64,000 bases of DNA, from positions 47,988,001-48,052,000 of the forward strand of contig OZ231126.1 in assembly GCA_965153355.1 (NCBI GenBank), written 5' to 3'. Each line of letters begins with the position of its first letter. The first letter of the stretch is position 1. Positions 62,669 to 64,000 of this stretch are shown one piece after another. Both the position numbers and the translations under genes were made by a program. The stretch is from Flaccisagitta enflata. Lineage: Eukaryota. A model generated the notes under the pieces. The model saw only the letters and a list, made by a program, of their open reading frames with translations. It ran no database searches and was not told where the DNA came from.

Positions 62669-63234
62669 AACTCAGATTTCACTACATTAAGACAGAAACC
62701 CAAATTCACATAATTTATAAGCACGGCGAAGGATGTATTTTTCTCGTTCCAATAATTCTTTAAAAGCTGTTTTAATTTAACAAAATGCGGGATGTTGTGT
62801 ACTGTAAAAAATCGCAAATTAAAAATAAAAAAATAACCGCAGCCTAAATTTTTTCGAGATTGTGTAACCAGATTAAAATGCGACAATGAAAGATGACGAG
62901 TGCTACAAAATGTGTCAATAGTATTTCTTATATCCTTTTTATCTTTATAAACACTTGCTAAACTATCGATAAGTAAACAATGTCTATTTTGGTCCCGTAG
63001 GTCTAAGGCCAGAAGGAGCCAATGACCAGTGGTCTGATAGATTTCCTGTGAATGTGAAGAATTGAGCACTATGGCCATTTTCCTCTTTTTTGAAAAGATA
63101 TTATGTTTTAATGTTAAAAGTTTGTCATAAGGAATGATAAGGGCGCCATTACCAATAAATTTCAACGCTTTAGGAATCTTTTTTAAATATCTGATTAAGT
63201 CTTTGTCCGTGGTTATGAGTTCTTTCGATGACAT
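62563..63234 (-). CDS. Adenain-like (C5/Ulp1 clan) cysteine protease of Polinton type
   Basis: IVLNS..GHWLLL..LIDSLA..TQ..GCGYF gives His/Asp/Gln/Cys in the expected order; likely start MSSKELI at 63234; C-terminus uncertain. Confidence 0.85.
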   Translation of the reverse strand: MSSKELITTDKDLIRYLKKIPKALKFIGNGALIIPYDKLLTLKHNIFSKKRKMAIVLNSSHSQEIYQTTGHWLLLALDLRDQNRHCLLIDSLASVYKDKKDIRNTIDTFCSTRHLSLSHFNLVTQSRKNLGCGYFFIFNLRFFTVHNIPHFVKLKQLLKNYWNEKNTSFAVLINYVNLGFCLNVVKSELWQLLFPFFGCQFFTLQKLCPTFTTNFSQSVRHTL

Positions 63235-63449
63235 TTTGTTACTGTTGTTTGTTGCTGCTGTTACTGTTGTTGTTGCTGTCGTGTTATTGGTCGTGCTCAA
63301 AATTTCTAATACACGTGCGATCACTCAGTACACCCATAGACCGAGATTGAAAATAAATAACTATCACGTGAATCACGCTATGAAAAAGAGAAAAAAAAAG
63401 AAATTAACCACAAAAAAAAAAAAAACAAGAAAAAAAAAACTGGTATCCA

Positions 63450-63735
63450 TCGTCAGTGACAGTAGTACCTTGTAGTTGATGTCTTCCAGCGGAGATAGAG
63501 TGAGTAATCATTGGCCGTTGCAATAGGACGGAAAGTGATTCTTCTTTTTTCTGGATTAGCAATAGAGTCCTCGCCCAAAAGATTAAATGGTAGTAGAAAT
63601 CTATGGCTTTCCAGGAATCAAAAGAGAAATCCTTTGATCCTGTGCTACTTGCCAATTTGCCAAAGGTATTGAGGCAATACCAATAGCTAGCTTTCAAAGA
63701 TCTTGAACTCGTAAAATTGTATCCTGTATGAATTT
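63450..63735 (-). pseudogene. Possible frameshifted relic of a Polinton major capsid protein
   Basis: ASYWYCLNTFGK..G..FSFDSWK..FYY / FNLLGED loosely resembles the AY..LF..GK..G..I..F..FDL..D pattern I recall for Polinton capsids; weak. Confidence 0.3.
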
Positions 63736-63828
63736 TTTTACAAAAAAAAAAAAAAAAAAGAAATTGGTCCTGTCAGTTGATCGGTTGGTGTTTTTTTTTT
63801 TTTTTTTGGTATTATTGCATTCTGCTTT

Positions 63829-63999
63829 TTAATCACCCGCTTGTTGTCCGCCAATGGTAGGGATTGGTAAAGACGGAATTCGGCAATCAGCAGCACTGCA
63901 TGTTACATAAGCGTTTTGAATACCACATCTGGTATACTCAAAATAATTTTTTTGATAGTGTCCGCAATGACAGACATTTTCTTGGAATGCACAAATGAT
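63829..63999 (-). CDS. C-terminus of a Cys-rich ORF entering from beyond the window
   Basis: Open frame IICAFQENVCHCGHYQKNYFEYTRCGIQNAYVTCSAADCRIP...GD then TAA. Confidence 0.35.
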   Translation of the reverse strand: MICAFQENVCHCGHYQKNYFEYTRCGIQNAYVTCSAADCRIPSLPIPTIGGQQAGD

Positions 64000-64000
64000 A

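Larger units (their letters stand above)
60019..64000 (-). mobile_element. Polinton/Maverick-like endogenous DNA virus fragment
   Basis: Compact co-oriented intronless ORFs including an adenain-like protease and a BIR protein; pPolB, integrase, ATPase and TIRs are not in the window. Confidence 0.65.

Overview
Repeat-dense eukaryotic (probably invertebrate) DNA made almost entirely of nested mobile elements; I see no convincing host gene. (1) 5740-47036 is a recent tandem segmental repeat in three partial copies. It carries a Bel/Pao LTR retrotransposon (family A, + strand), a second Bel/Pao element (family B, - strand, 25830-38853), a Gypsy RNase H relic, MITEs, Helentron-like elements and minisatellites. 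Both Bel/Pao families have gag and pol separated by an in-frame UGA-C stop, have no canonical TGG primer-binding site, and carry extra non-env ORFs after integrase. (2) 47037-59522 (- strand) is the most unusual feature: a Ty3/Gypsy-type element with a 471-bp 5' LTR and a tRNA-Leu PBS. Its first ORF reconstructs to about 2450-2600 aa: hydrophobic N-terminus, polyQ, a BIR (inhibitor-of-apoptosis) domain, an Asp-rich tract, then Gag capsid and a CCHC knuckle. A -1 frameshift site (U UUA AAC) leads into a pol truncated before integrase. (3) About 60020-64000 looks like a Polinton/Maverick-type endogenous virus fragment: adenain-like protease, stand-alone BIR gene, possible capsid relic, and an ORF with an apparently inactivated Gypsy-type RNase H domain. 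All domain calls are motif recognition by eye; no database searches were run, and some frameshifts and duplications may be assembly errors.
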